DNA from: the human T2T-CHM13v2.0 reference genome, Homo sapiens
Assembly: GCF_009914755.1 (NCBI RefSeq)
Contig: NC_060934.1
Strand: one strand, 5' to 3'
Length of the DNA: 64,000 nucleotides
Of the stretch, positions 38,857 to 53,532 are shown piece after piece; position 1 is the first letter of the stretch; each line of letters starts with the position of its first letter. A model generated the notes under the pieces. It was not told the DNA's origin. It saw only the letters and a program-made list of their open reading frames with translations, and ran no database searches. A program made the position numbers and the translations under genes.

Positions 38857-41800
38857 GAACATTTCATCCAACAACCACAGAATACACATTCTATTTAACA
38901 GCACATGGAACTTTCTCCATGATAGACCATATGACAGGCTACAAAACAAACCTCAATAAATTTAAGACAATTGAAATTATATCAAGACTCTCTCAGACCA
39001 CAGTGGAATAAAACTTGAAATCAACTCCGAAAGGAACCTTTAAAACCATGAAAATACATGGAAATTAAATTACCTGCTCCTGGATGAGCATTGGCTCAAA
39101 AACGAAATCAAGATGGAAATTAAAAAATTCATCAAACTAAATTACAATAGTGACATAACCTATCAAAACCTCTGGGATACAGCAAAGACAGTGCTAAGAG
39201 GAAAGTTCATAGCCCTGAATGCCTACATCAAAAAGACTGAAAGAGCACAAACTGACATTCTAACGTCGTCACACACCTCAAGGAACTAGAGAACCAAGAA
39301 CAAATCAAACCCCAACCCAGCAGAAGGAAATAATCAAGATCAAAGCAGAACTAAATGAGATTGAAACACACACATACACAAATACAAAAGATAAAAGAAA
39401 CAAAAAGCTGGTTTTTTAAAAGATAAATAAAATTGATAGACCATTAGCAAGACTAATCAAGAAAAGAGGAGAGAAAATCCAAATAACCTCAATAAGAAAT
39501 GAAATGGGAGATATTACAACTGATACCACAGAAATACAAAAGATCATTCAAGGCTACAATGAACACCTTTACGTGTATAAACTAGAAAACACAGAAGAGA
39601 TGGATAAATTCCTGGAAAAATACAACCCTCTTGGCTTAAATCAGGAAGAATTAGATACCCTGAACAGACCAATAACAAGCAGCAAGATTGAAACGGTAAT
39701 TTAAAAATTACCAACACAGAAAGCCCAGGACCAGACGGATTCACAGATGAATTCTAGAGCAGAATTCTACTAGCCATTCAAAGAAGAATTGATATCAATC
39801 CTATTGACACTATTCCAGAAGATGGAGAAAAAGGAAACCCTCCCTAATTCATGAAGCCAGCATCACCTTAATACGAAAACCAGGAAAGGACATAACCAAA
39901 ACAGAAAACTACAGACTGATATCCCTGATGAATACAGATGCTAAAATTATTAGCAAAATACTAGCTAACAAAATCCAACAACATATCAAAAAGATAAGCC
40001 ACTATGATCATGTGGGTTTCACAACAGGGATGCAGGGATGGTTTAACATACACAAGTCAATAAATATAATACACCACCTAAACAGAATTAAAAACAAATG
40101 TCATACGATCATCTCAATAGAAGCAGAAAAAGCTTTTGGCAAAATCCAGCATCACTTTATGATTAAATCTCTCAGCAAAATCAGCATACAAGGGACATAA
40201 CTCAATGTAATAAAAGCCACATATGAAAACCCACAGCCAACAAAATACTGAATGGGGAAAAGTTGAAAGCATTCCCTCTGAGAAATGGAAAAGAGAAGGA
40301 TGCCCACGCTCACCACTCCTCTTCAACATAGTACTGGAAGTCCTAGCCAGAGCAATCAGACAAGAGAAAGAAATAAAGGACATCCAAATCAGTAAACAGG
40401 AGGTCAAACTGTCACTGTTTGCTGATGATAAGATCATTTACCTCAAAAACCCTAAAGATCCCTCCATAAAGCTCCTGAAATTGATAAAAGAATTCATCAA
40501 AGTTTCCAGATACAAGATTAATGTACACAAATCAGTAGCTCTCCTATACAACAAGAGCGACCAAGCAGAGAATCAAATCAAGAGCTCAACCCCTTTTACA
40601 ATAGCTGCAAAAGAAGTAAAATACTTAGTAATATACCTAACAAACGAGATGAAAGACCTCTACAAGGAAAACTACAAACACTGCTGAAAGAAATCATAGA
40701 TGACACAAACAAATGGAAATACATCCCATGCTCATGGATGGGTAAAATCAATATTGTGAAAATGACCACACTGCCAAAAGCAATCTACAAATTCAATGTA
40801 ATCTCTATCAAAATACCACCATCATTCTTCACAGAATTAGAAAAAACAATTCTAAAATCCATGTGAAATCAAAAAAGAGCCCACATAGCCAAACCAAGAC
40901 TAAGCAAAACAAATAAATCTGGAGGCATCACACTACCTGATTTCAAACTATACTATAAGGCCATAGTCACCAAAACAGCATGGTACTGGTATAAAAATAG
41001 GCACATAGAACAATGGAACAGAATAGAGAACCCAAAAATAAGCTCAAATACTTACAGCCACTGATCTTTGACAAAGCAAACAAAAACATAAAGTGGGGAA
41101 AGGATGCCTTTTTCAACAAATGGTGCTGGGATAATTGGCTAGCAACATGTAGAATGAAACTAGATCCTCATCTCTCACCTTAGACAAAAATCAACTCAAG
41201 ATGGATTAAGGACTTAAATCTAAGACCTGAAACTGTAAATATTCTAGAAGATAACACTGGAAAAACCCTTCTAGACATTGGCTTAGGCAAGGATTTCATG
41301 ACCAAGAACCCAAAAGCAAACACAATAAAAACAAAGACAAATAGTTGGGACTTAATTAAACTAAAGAGCTTTTGCATGACAAAAGGAACAGTCAGCAGAG
41401 TAAATAGACAAAACACAGAGTGGGAGAAAATCTTCACAATCTATACATCTGACAAAGGACAAATATCCAGAATCTACAATGAACTCAAATCAGCAAGTAA
41501 AAAACAAACAATCCCATCAAAAAGTGGGCTAAAGACATGATAGACAATTCTCAAAAGAAGATATACAAATGGCCAACAAACATATGAAAAAATGCTCAAC
41601 ATCACTAATGACCAGGGAAATGCAAATAAAAACCACAATGTGATACCACCTTACTTCTGCAAGAATGGCCATAATAAAAAAATCAAAAAACAGTAGATGT
41701 TGGCGTGGATGCAGTGATCAAGGAACACTTCTACACTGCTGGTAGGAATGTAAACCAGTACAGCCCCTATGAAAAACAGTGTAGAGATTCCTTAAAGATC

Positions 41801-42355
41801 TGAAAGTAGAACTATCGTTTGATTCAGCAATACCACCACTGGGTATTTACCCAGAGGAAAAGAAGTCATTATACAAAAAAGATACTTGCACATGCATGTT
41901 TATAGCAGCACAATTTGCAATTGCAAAATCATGGAACCAACCCAAATGCCCATCAATTAATGAGTAGATAAAGAAACTGTGGTGTATATATATATATATA
42001 TATATACAATGGAATACTACTCAGCCATAAAAAGGAATGAATTAACAGCATTTGCAGTGACCTGGATGAAATTGGAGACTAATACTGTAACTGAAGTAAC
42101 TTAGGAATGGAAAACCATGTGAGAGCTAAGCTATGAGGATGCAAAGCCATAAGAATTAAACAATGGGCTTTGGGGTCTCAGGGGGAAGAATGGGAGGGGG
42201 TCAAGGGGTGAAAGACTACAAATAGGGTACAGCATATACTGCTCGAGTGATGGGTACATCAAAATCTCACAAATCACCGCTAAAGTATGTACTCATGTAA
42301 GCAAACACCACTTGTACTCCAATAACCTGTGGAAAAATAAAATCTTTTTTTTTAA
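36034..42355 (+). mobile_element. About 6.3-kb L1PB-type element nested in the host L1; inactive
   Basis: L1PB-type 5'UTR, decayed ORF1 and ORF2 (EN, RT LFADD), L1PB 3' end; perfect 15-bp TSD AGAAGTTTAAGAAGG at 36019-36033 and 42356-42370. Confidence 0.93.
38655..38706. repeat. (TA)26 microsatellite; a second (TA)12 lies at 38833-38856
   Basis: Direct reading. Confidence 0.96.
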
Positions 42356-44015
42356 AGAAGTTTAAGAAGGAAAAGAGAAAGGGACAGAAAGCTTATTTAA
42401 AAATGTACCAAAAAGCTTTCCAAATCTGGGGAAGATATAAACGTCCAGATACAGGAACTCAAAGGTTTCTAATCATATTCAACCCAAAGAAGACTACACC
42501 AAGACATATCATAATCAAACTGTCACAAATCAAAGACAAAGAGAGAATCTTAAAAGCAGCAAAAGAAATTAAGATCCTCATATTCAAGGAAACCTCCATC
42601 AGGCTATCAGCTGATTTCTCAGCAGAAAGTTTTCAGGCCTGAAAAGAGTGGGATGATATATTCAAAGTGCTGGGGGGAAAAAAATCTGTCAACCAAAAAT
42701 TCCTTACCTAACAAAGCTGCCCTTTGGAAATGAGAGATAAAGGCTTTGTCAAAAAAAACAAAAGCTAAGGGGTTCACCACCATTAACCTGCTTTACAAGA
42801 AATTCTGAAGAAGTTTTTCACACTAAAGCAAAAGGATACTAATTACTAACATCAAAACATACAAAAATATAAAACTTACTTGTAAAAGTAAGTACACAGT
42901 CAAATTCAGAATACTCTAATAGTGTAATGGTCAGATAAAAATCACTTATATCTCTAGTAGAAAGGTTAAGTGACAAAACTATTTAAAACACCTACAGCTA
43001 CAATAATTTGTTAAGAAAAAAATATATAAAAATATGTAAACTGTAAAATCAAAAACATAAAATGTGAGGAGAGGAAGTAAAAGTACAGAATTTTGTGTAA
43101 AATCAAAATTAAGTTGTTATCAGCTTAAAATAGCCTGTTATAATTACAAGATGTTTTATGTATGCCTAATAGTAACCACAGTGTAAAAACCTATAGTGGA
43201 TACACAGCAGACAAAAGAGAAATAAACCAAAGCATGCTACTACATCAAACCATCAAATCATAAAGGAAGACATCGACAAAGGAAGAAATGAACAAAGGAT
43301 CTAAAAAACACACCAGAAAACAACAAAATGGCAGCAGTAATATCTTACCTATTAATAATTACCTTGACTGTAAATAGATTAAATTCTCCAATCAAAAAAG
43401 CATATATACTGAGTAGCTCAATGGGTTAAAAAAAAAAAAGACCTAATAATAATATGCTTCCTACAGGAGACTCACTTTAGCTTTAAGGACATAAATAGAC
43501 AAAAAGTGAAGGGATAGAAAGGATATTCCCGATAAAAGAAAACCTAAAGAGAGCAGAGGTAGCTATAGCTATATCAGACAAAATAGACTTTAAGTCCAAA
43601 ACTGTAAAAAGAGACAGAGTCATAATATAATGATAAAGGGGTCAATTCATCAAGTGGATATAACAATTACAAATATATATATACATCTAATATCAGAACA
43701 CTTAAATATATAAAGCAAATAATAGATCTGAAGGGAGAGAGAGATAACAATACAATAGTAGTGGAAGGCTTCAGTATCTCACTTTCAGCAATGAACAGAT
43801 CATCTTGAAGGAAATCAACAAGAAAACATTGGACTTAAACGATACATCCAAGCAAGTGGCTTTCACAGATATACACAGAGCATTCCATCTAACAGCAGCA
43901 GAATAAATATTCTTCTCAAGTGTACATAGAACATTCTTCAGAATAGATCATATGTTAGGCCAAAAAATAAGTCTTAATAAATTTAGATGATAGAAATCAT
44001 ATCAAGTATCTTTTC

Positions 44016-44348
<333 letters not shown>

Positions 44349-45895
44349 ACATATCAAGTATCTTTTCTCATCACAATGGTATGAAACTACAGTAACAGGA
44401 GGAATTTTTGAAAATTCATAGATATGTGAAAATTACACAACATGCTCCTGAACAACCAATGGGTCAAGGAAGAAATCAAAAAAAGAAATTTAAAAATATC
44501 TCAAGATAAACAAAAATGGAAACACAATATGCTAAAACATATGGAATGCAGCAAAAACAGTTCTAAGCGTGAAGTTTATAGCAGTAAATGCCTACATTAA
44601 GAAAGAAGAAAGATCTCAAACAACCTACTGCTACACCTCAAGGGACTAATCAAGAACTAGAACTAGAAAAACAAGAACAAGCTAAGCCCAAAGTTGGTGG
44701 AAAGAAGGAAATAACAAAGTTCAGAGAAGAAATAAATGAAAGAGAGACTAGACAAGTAATAGAAAAGATCAACACAACTGAAAATTGTTTTTTTGAAAAG
44801 ATAAACAAAATTGACAAATCTCTAGCTAGACTGAAGAGAGAAGACAAATCAAATGAAAATGAAAGAGGAGACATGAAAACTGATACCACAGAAATACAAA
44901 GAATTATAAGAGACTGAGACTACTAAGAATAATTATACACCTACAAATTGGATACTACTAGAAGAAGTGAATAAATTCCTAAGAATATACATCCTGCCAA
45001 GACTGAATTGTGGAGAAATAGAAAATCCTAACAGAGTCACAGTGAGTAAGGAAATTGAATCAGAAATTGTAAAATCTTCTTTTTAAAAGAAAAGCTTGGG
45101 ACCAGATGGCTTCATGGCTGAATTCTACCAGATATTTAGGGAAGAATTAATACCATCCTTCTCAAACTCTTTCAAAAAAATTGAAGAGGAGGGAATACTT
45201 CCAAATTCATTTTATGAGGCCATCATTACTCTGACACCAAAGTCAGATAAGAACATTTTAAGAAAAAGGAAATTACAGACCAATACCCCTGATGAACATA
45301 GATGCAAAAATCCTCAACAAAATACTAGCAAACAAAATTCAATAGCAAATTAAAAGACTTATTCACCATGATCAAGTAGGATTTATGCCTGGGATGCAAT
45401 GATGGTTCCGTATCAAAAATCAATAAATGTGCTTTGCCACATTAACAGAATAAAGGACAAGAGCCATATGATCATCTCAAAAGACACTGAGAAAACATTT
45501 GACAAAATTCAACATCCTTTTATGGTAAAACTTCTCAACAAATTAGGTGTAGAAGGAATATACCTCAACACATTAACGGCCATATATAATAAGCCCACAG
45601 CTAACATCATACTCAATGATGAAAAGTTGAAAGCTTTTCCTCTAAGACCAGGAATAAAACAAGGATACCTATTATTGCTGCTTCTATCCAACATAGTAGT
45701 GGAAGTCCTAGCTATGGCAATTATTTAAGAAAAAAAATAAAAGCATTCACGTTGGAAAGAAAGAGTGAACTCACCTCTGCAGATGACATGATCTTATATG
45801 TAGAAACCCCTAAAAACTCCACCACAAAACAGAAATAATAAACAAATTCAGTAAAATAGTAGGATACAAAATCAACATACAAAAATCAGTAGCGG

Positions 45896-46234
<339 letters not shown>

Positions 46235-49200
46235 TCAAGAAAACAATCCCATTTACACTGACATCACAAAAATAAAATACATAGAAATAAATTTAACTGA
46301 GGAAGTGAAATATATATGTACACTAAAAGCTATAGAACACTGATGAAAGAAACTGAAGACATAATTAAAAGACAAGAAGTAAAAAGTAAGAGTAAAAAGA
46401 TATTCCATGCTCACAGATTTGCAGAATATTGTTAAAATATCTGTACTACCCAATGTGATCTACAGATTTAATGCAACACCTATCAAAATTTCAATGACAT
46501 TTTTCACAGAAATAGAAAATGCAATCTTAAAATTCATATGAATCTGCAGACGACTCCAAATAGCCCAAGCGATTGAGAGCAAAAAGAATAAAACTGGAGA
46601 CATCACGGTATCTAATTTTAAAATCTCTTATGAAGTCATAGTAATCAAAACAGCATGGTGCTGGCATAAAAACAAGTAGACTGATGGAACAGACTGGAAA
46701 GCCCAGAAATACATCTATGTATTTACATTCAACTAATCTTTGACAAAGGAGCTGAGAATATACAATGGGGAGAGGAAAATCTCTTCAACAAATTGAGTTG
46801 GGAAGATTGGATATCCACATGCAGAAGAATGAAATTAGACTTTTAATTTACACCATATTTAAAAATGAACTGAAAATGAATTAAAGAGTTAAATGTAATT
46901 CCTGAAACTCTAAAACTACTAGAAGAAAACAGAGGAAAATCTCTGTGGCATTAGTTTGGGCAATAATTTTTTGGATGTGACCTCAAAAGCACAGGCAACA
47001 ACACCAAAAACAAACAAATGGAATTATATCACGCTATACAGCTTCTACACAGCAAAGGAAACAATCAACAGAATGAGGAGACAACCTGTAGAATGGGAGA
47101 AAATATATGCAAACCATATGTCCAATAAGGGGTTAATATCCAAAATATATAAGGAACTCAGACAACTTCCAATAGCAAGAAAGCAAATAACCTAATTAAA
47201 AAATGGGCAAAGTACCTGAGTAGAGATTTCTAAAAAAAAAAAATTGGCCAACAGGTATATGAGAAAACACGCAACATCACAAACCATCAGGGAAATGCAA
47301 ATTAAAACTGCAATGAGCTAGCACCTCACACCGGTTAGTATGGCTATTATCAAAGACAAACTATAACAAGTGTTGGCAAGAATGTGGAGAAAAGAGAACA
47401 CTTGCACACTGCTGTGGGGATGTAAATTAGTACGGCCATTATGGAAAACAGTATGGATATTCCTCAAAAATGCAAAAATAGAATGACCAATCCTACTGTT
47501 GGGAATTTATCTAAAGGAAAAGAAATCAGTATGTTGACGAGGTATCAGCACTCCTGTGTTCGTTGCGGTATTATTCAGAATAGCCAAGATATGAAATCAA
47601 CCTAAGTGTCTATCAACAGATTAATGAATAGAGAAAATGTAGTGTGTGTATATGTGTGTGTGTGCATGTGTGTGTGTATTATTGTCCTTCACAGACACTG
47701 TGAGGTGTTGTGTTTTTATAAGATGCTTGGGAAGAAAAGATCAATTTATGCCTATTGATTGGTCTATTGATATATATATATCCATATGTGTGTGTACATA
47801 TATATCACATATATGTATAATGTATATATACACATATGTGTGTATATATACACACAATTTCTCATAGTCTATTGATATATATATACACACACATACATAC
47901 ACATGCAACGGAATACTATACAGTCTTAAAGAAGAGGGAAATCCTGTCATCTGCAACACCAGAGATGAACCTGGAAGACATTATGCTAAGTGAAATAAAC
48001 CAGGAACAGAAAGACAAATACTGTATGATCTTACTTATATGTGAAATCTAAAAATATCAAATTCATAGAAGTAGAGAGTAGAATGTTGGTTACCAGGGGA
48101 TAGCAGGGGAGAATCCAGGAGATGCTGGTCAAAGGGTACAAAGTTTTAGCTAAACTGAATGAGTAAATTCTGGATACCTACTGTAGAGCATGGTGACTAT
48201 AGTTAATAATAAAGCTTTTTTATATTTGAAAATTACTGGGAGTAGTATTAATACATCTTAAATATTCTCACCAAAAGTATGCAAGGTGATGGATATGTTA
48301 CCTGCATTTAATAATTTCACAATATGTACATATATCAAAACATCATGTCATTCAGCACAAATATATACGACTTTTATTTGTCAATTAAATCTTAAAGTTG
48401 AAACAAAACGTGGGCGTATGGTTTTTTTAATGACAAGTTTAAACTGCTCATTTAAAGGAATTTTATCAATGACTTGAATCACAACCTCACCATAAAACAG
48501 CTACATCCAGTACAAGTCTGATAGTGTAACTTCACCGTTTGCTCCAATTCCAGGGTTTCCCAGCATTTTTTAGAGAACCATAAAATATGGCGATTTATAG
48601 ATTATTAATAAACTTTATGCTTGTTGCCAAGTAGATTTATATCTGTGGTGTCACTGCAAGGTTTATTACTCAGCTGCTTTGTGCAGTATAAAGGGAAATC
48701 ACTTGGAAAATAAAATCAAGGCAATTGGGAAATGTAACTCCTCATAAAGTCATTTTCCTTATCATTCTGAAACTCAGTGTTTTTACCTTACATTATTTTA
48801 ATTGGAAGTACAATTGTCCTTTAAATCCACTTCTAATCAATAGACATAAATTGGTCTTTTCTTCCCAAGTATCTTAATAAAAACATAAAACCTCACAGTG
48901 TCTGTGAAGGACAATAATAAAAGTGTACAAGTGAATGTCTTTGAATTGGGGAAACAGCCTTTTCAGTAATTCATGCTTCCTGTTTTCTTTGTAGACTGAT
49001 AAAGTAAAAATTTATTTTTATCTGATAAGCACATTTAAAAATTCTCTTGTGAGTAATATCAGGAGAACTAGCCCCAAATATTTATTAAAGGCTATATGGA
49101 GAATGAGAGCCTTGAGATCAGACCGGTCAACAGGAAGGATAGTGCAGCCTGTGCTCAGTGAGCAAATCTTTATTACTGAGATAACTGCCACCTCTGTCTC

Positions 49201-50325
49201 CTGTCTCCTGGGTCGCATCTTCAGCTAGATGCTCTGGGAATCCAAATTAATTTTAATACTTGCTCCAACCAAGAATCATCAGGGAAAGAAGATTTGTTGG
49301 AGAAGGAATTCTGCCGTGCCTTCCAGAGAATTCCATTCCTCTACTCGTGCATGATTTGAATGGCTCTGACTTGGCTCACCTTGGGAAGTGCGGATAATGC
49401 AATTTGGATGAATTCAGTCTGCTGTGCTAGATGCAGCAGGGCCTCTCGCAGTGATTTGGTGTGGAGTATGCCCACCAGCTCTTACAATCTAGAAGGTTTT
49501 CCAACACAACCACACAACCTTAAGCCAAAGTGAAGAAGGGAAGAAGGCAGGTGATCTGGAGGGATGCAAGAATACCAAGATGCAAAGAGTGTTCAAATGG
49601 GAGTGAGAGGAGAGGAGAGGGAGTGAAGGGGAGAAAGAAGGATGGGAATCAGGACGGCTTTGTAGAAGAAGGGGATGTTCCTGAAGGGTTTTCTACACAT
49701 TCGAAGGTTAAGGGGACAAACTGAGAGAGCCATGGAAGAGGACCCGGACAGGCGTCCTCAGAGGGGGAAATGAGCTGAGAACAGAAGGGGGCAACGTGGG
49801 CTGAGTTTGAGCACTGTCAGGCTGAGTTAACTGCAGTGAGTACAGGCAGTAGCAGTAATTCATAACAAAGTGCTCGGCTGAGAGATGAAAGCCACCAGAG
49901 CCCAGCTCAGTTATTACAGGAAGCACAGGAAAGGGTCTGGGGGTAAGAGATGAATAAAAAGGCTGGACTTGAGAGGGGCTTGCAAGGTTAGGCAGGATTT
50001 TATAGCACAGAGAGGAGGAACAGACAGGCTTCTCTCAGGTGGTTTGGGAACCCTGATCATGAGTGTTTTTGGAGTGAAGGAAGGACAGGAAATGAGACCA
50101 ACTGGAAAGGTTGAGAGTGGGCAGAGTCAGGCTGAGAGGCGTCTGGATTTTGGGGTGAGGGATGGAATCCAGGGAGGCTCTGAAGCTGGGCCCCCAGCCT
50201 AGAAGGAGATAACCAGGGCCAGGTTCGAGGAGCTGCAGTGGGCACAGGATACAGGCACAATTGTGTCAATGGGGCATGGTGAAGACTGCCACTGACTGAG
50301 CACCTGCAATCTGCAGATGTGGCAT

Positions 50326-50860
50326 CCCCTATGACCACAGGGACTGTATCCTTACTGCCTGCAGTGGCTCTGCCCCCTACTACTTGCAGGGGATATACCC
50401 CTATGACCTGCAGGGCTTGTACCCATATGACTTGCAGAAGATGTATCCCTATGACTTGCAAAGACAGTACCCCTATGACCTGTAGGAGTTGCACCCCTAC
50501 TGCCTTCAGGGCCTGTACCCCTATGACCTACAAATGCTGAACCCCCTATTGCCTGCAGGGGCTATACCCTCTACAACTTGCAGGGGCTGTATTCCTATGA
50601 CCTGCAGAGGTTGTAACTTTACTACCTACAAGGGCTGTACCTTCTACAATCTGCAAAGGCTGTGCCCCTACGACCTGCAGGGGCTGACCCCGTACTGCCT
50701 ATAAGCTATGGTTTACCCCTACTACCTACAGGAGCTGTACCCCTACTGCCTGCAGAGACTGTGTCCCCTACCTGCAGGGGCTGTACCCCTCCCACCTGCG
50801 GGGACTATACCCCCTAATACTTGCAGGTACTGTCCCCACTATGACCTGCAGGGGCTGTGC
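50326..50860. repeat. Diverged 24-bp minisatellite, about 22 units, consensus cccctatgacctgcaggggctgta
   Basis: Periodic units; shows as TPMTCRGC-like 8-aa repeats in the ORF track. Confidence 0.92.
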
Positions 50861-52732
50861 CTGATGCTTCACACTTATTTTTAGCCTATCCTGCTCTGGA
50901 TTCATCCTGTAAGGCAGAGCAATGACAAATTCTGGAACACGCTAATTACCAGGTTATGGCCGGCCTTTGAACATGACCCAATCCACTTGGGACCCCAGGA
51001 GCTGCATAGTGATGATGGGGAAGCCTTGCTTATCACTCCCAGGCAACTCTGGTGAATTGCACAGGTAGAGCCCTGACTTGGGAAGGAGAGAGGCCCTTGG
51101 GTTGGAGTGTACCTAATGTCGGAGACTTGAAATCAAAGGCCAGCTCTCCTGCCACCTTCCCTTGGCATGCCTGGGTGTCAGCCTCCCTCTTCCACATCTC
51201 ACAATCACCACCTCCCACTGATCCCTCTACCTGAGAACCCCTGGTATCCACTACCTTCCTTATACCACTGCCCTGCCCAGGCCCCACCCTCATCATGTTG
51301 TACCTGAAGCTACACTACCAGCTCCCAGCCTTGCTTTTGACCTCAGAACAAGGTTACACTTAGCAGCATCTACAGTTCATCTTTCCTTGGGCTCCTCTTT
51401 GGCCCCTTTGCCTCCCCGCCCATCCCCATTTTACCATCCAATCATAGCTAAACTGCATGTCCCCAGCCTCCTTTCTTCACTGCGTGTTCCCTTCCTCACC
51501 CACCCTGCCCTATTGGCATGGTTCTCCCCCATGTTGGGAACGTTCCTCCCCAGGGTGGGAGCAAGGCTACCACCTATGAGTTTCCACAACAACCTTGGCA
51601 AACTCCTTTCATGGCACTCTGAGAATCCTATGACCATTGCCTCTTCACCCGCCTGCTTCCCCACAAGGTGGGCAGACTAGGGACTGTTCCTAGCACTGTG
51701 TGGGTTCTCAAACAAGGTACGCTGAAGAGATGGACAAAGAAGTTCCTTCTGTCACTGCTAGAGACGTGGGAAGGTGGCTCAGGTGGCACCCGGGTGAGGA
51801 GAGAGACTTACGCATTGTATTTATTGGCTCTGAGAGTTCAAACCACAGGTGATGAGATAGTCAAGACAGGTACAGACTGTAGCTATGACCTTGATGATGC
51901 TACTTCCTGGTCCCTCTAGAGTTCCCAGTTGTTCATGAAAATTTTCCTGCCTCCAAACAAGGAGTCCTAACCCTAATTAACACTCACCCACATGCAGCAC
52001 TCTTCCCCTGGTCTCAAAGGTGCTCAGAATTCACTAGCTACCATGAAGTACAGCGGGTCCCCTGACTCAACACAGTCATCCCCTGCAAGTCCAGGGACTG
52101 GCTTCTCTGGCATTGTCAGCTGCCGGGGCTCCCACTTGAACCTTTCAGGTTCTGCTCCTGAGCCAAGATTGCTTGACAAGCCCCGATCAGAGGCAGCTAC
52201 CCCAGCACCAAAAGCAAATAGGAGTCTTCTTTTTAACAGACGCCTTGACACTGTAGCCAAAGCTCGTTCACGCATATGATTTATGAACTAATTTAGCAAG
52301 TAAGAAAAACATCTGCATTTTGCTTTTATCATCTTGCCAGCAGACAGGCTGAAGACAAGATGTGTACTGCAGACTTGTTTAATAGGGCCTTAAACATTTC
52401 TTCTCACTTGCCCGAGCTTGTATGAGGCTCTGGTTTCAGAGGCTGTCTGATTTCACTGACCTAACACAAACGAACCCAAAAGTAAAGCTCTCATCAACAC
52501 ATAAATACGGCAGGGATGGTCAGGGTGGCCATAAAACCCACGTTGGCCAAGTCCCACTTTGAGAGCATGCTGCTTGCCAGGACTGTCTTGGAATGTGGGG
52601 AGTAAAAGGTACTCAGTTAACATTCTGAACTGAGCCTGGTTACCTTTTATTACATACAATTTTAAGACTTCCATTTAAAAGAATGTGAACTTGTAAGGAT
52701 ATTTGTTTCGGGCAAACACCACAGTTGAATGA

Positions 52733-53532
<800 letters not shown>

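Noticed and set aside
50326-50860. CRISPR-like array
   Set aside because: Contiguous degenerate tandem units with no unique spacers, no cas genes, eukaryotic context.
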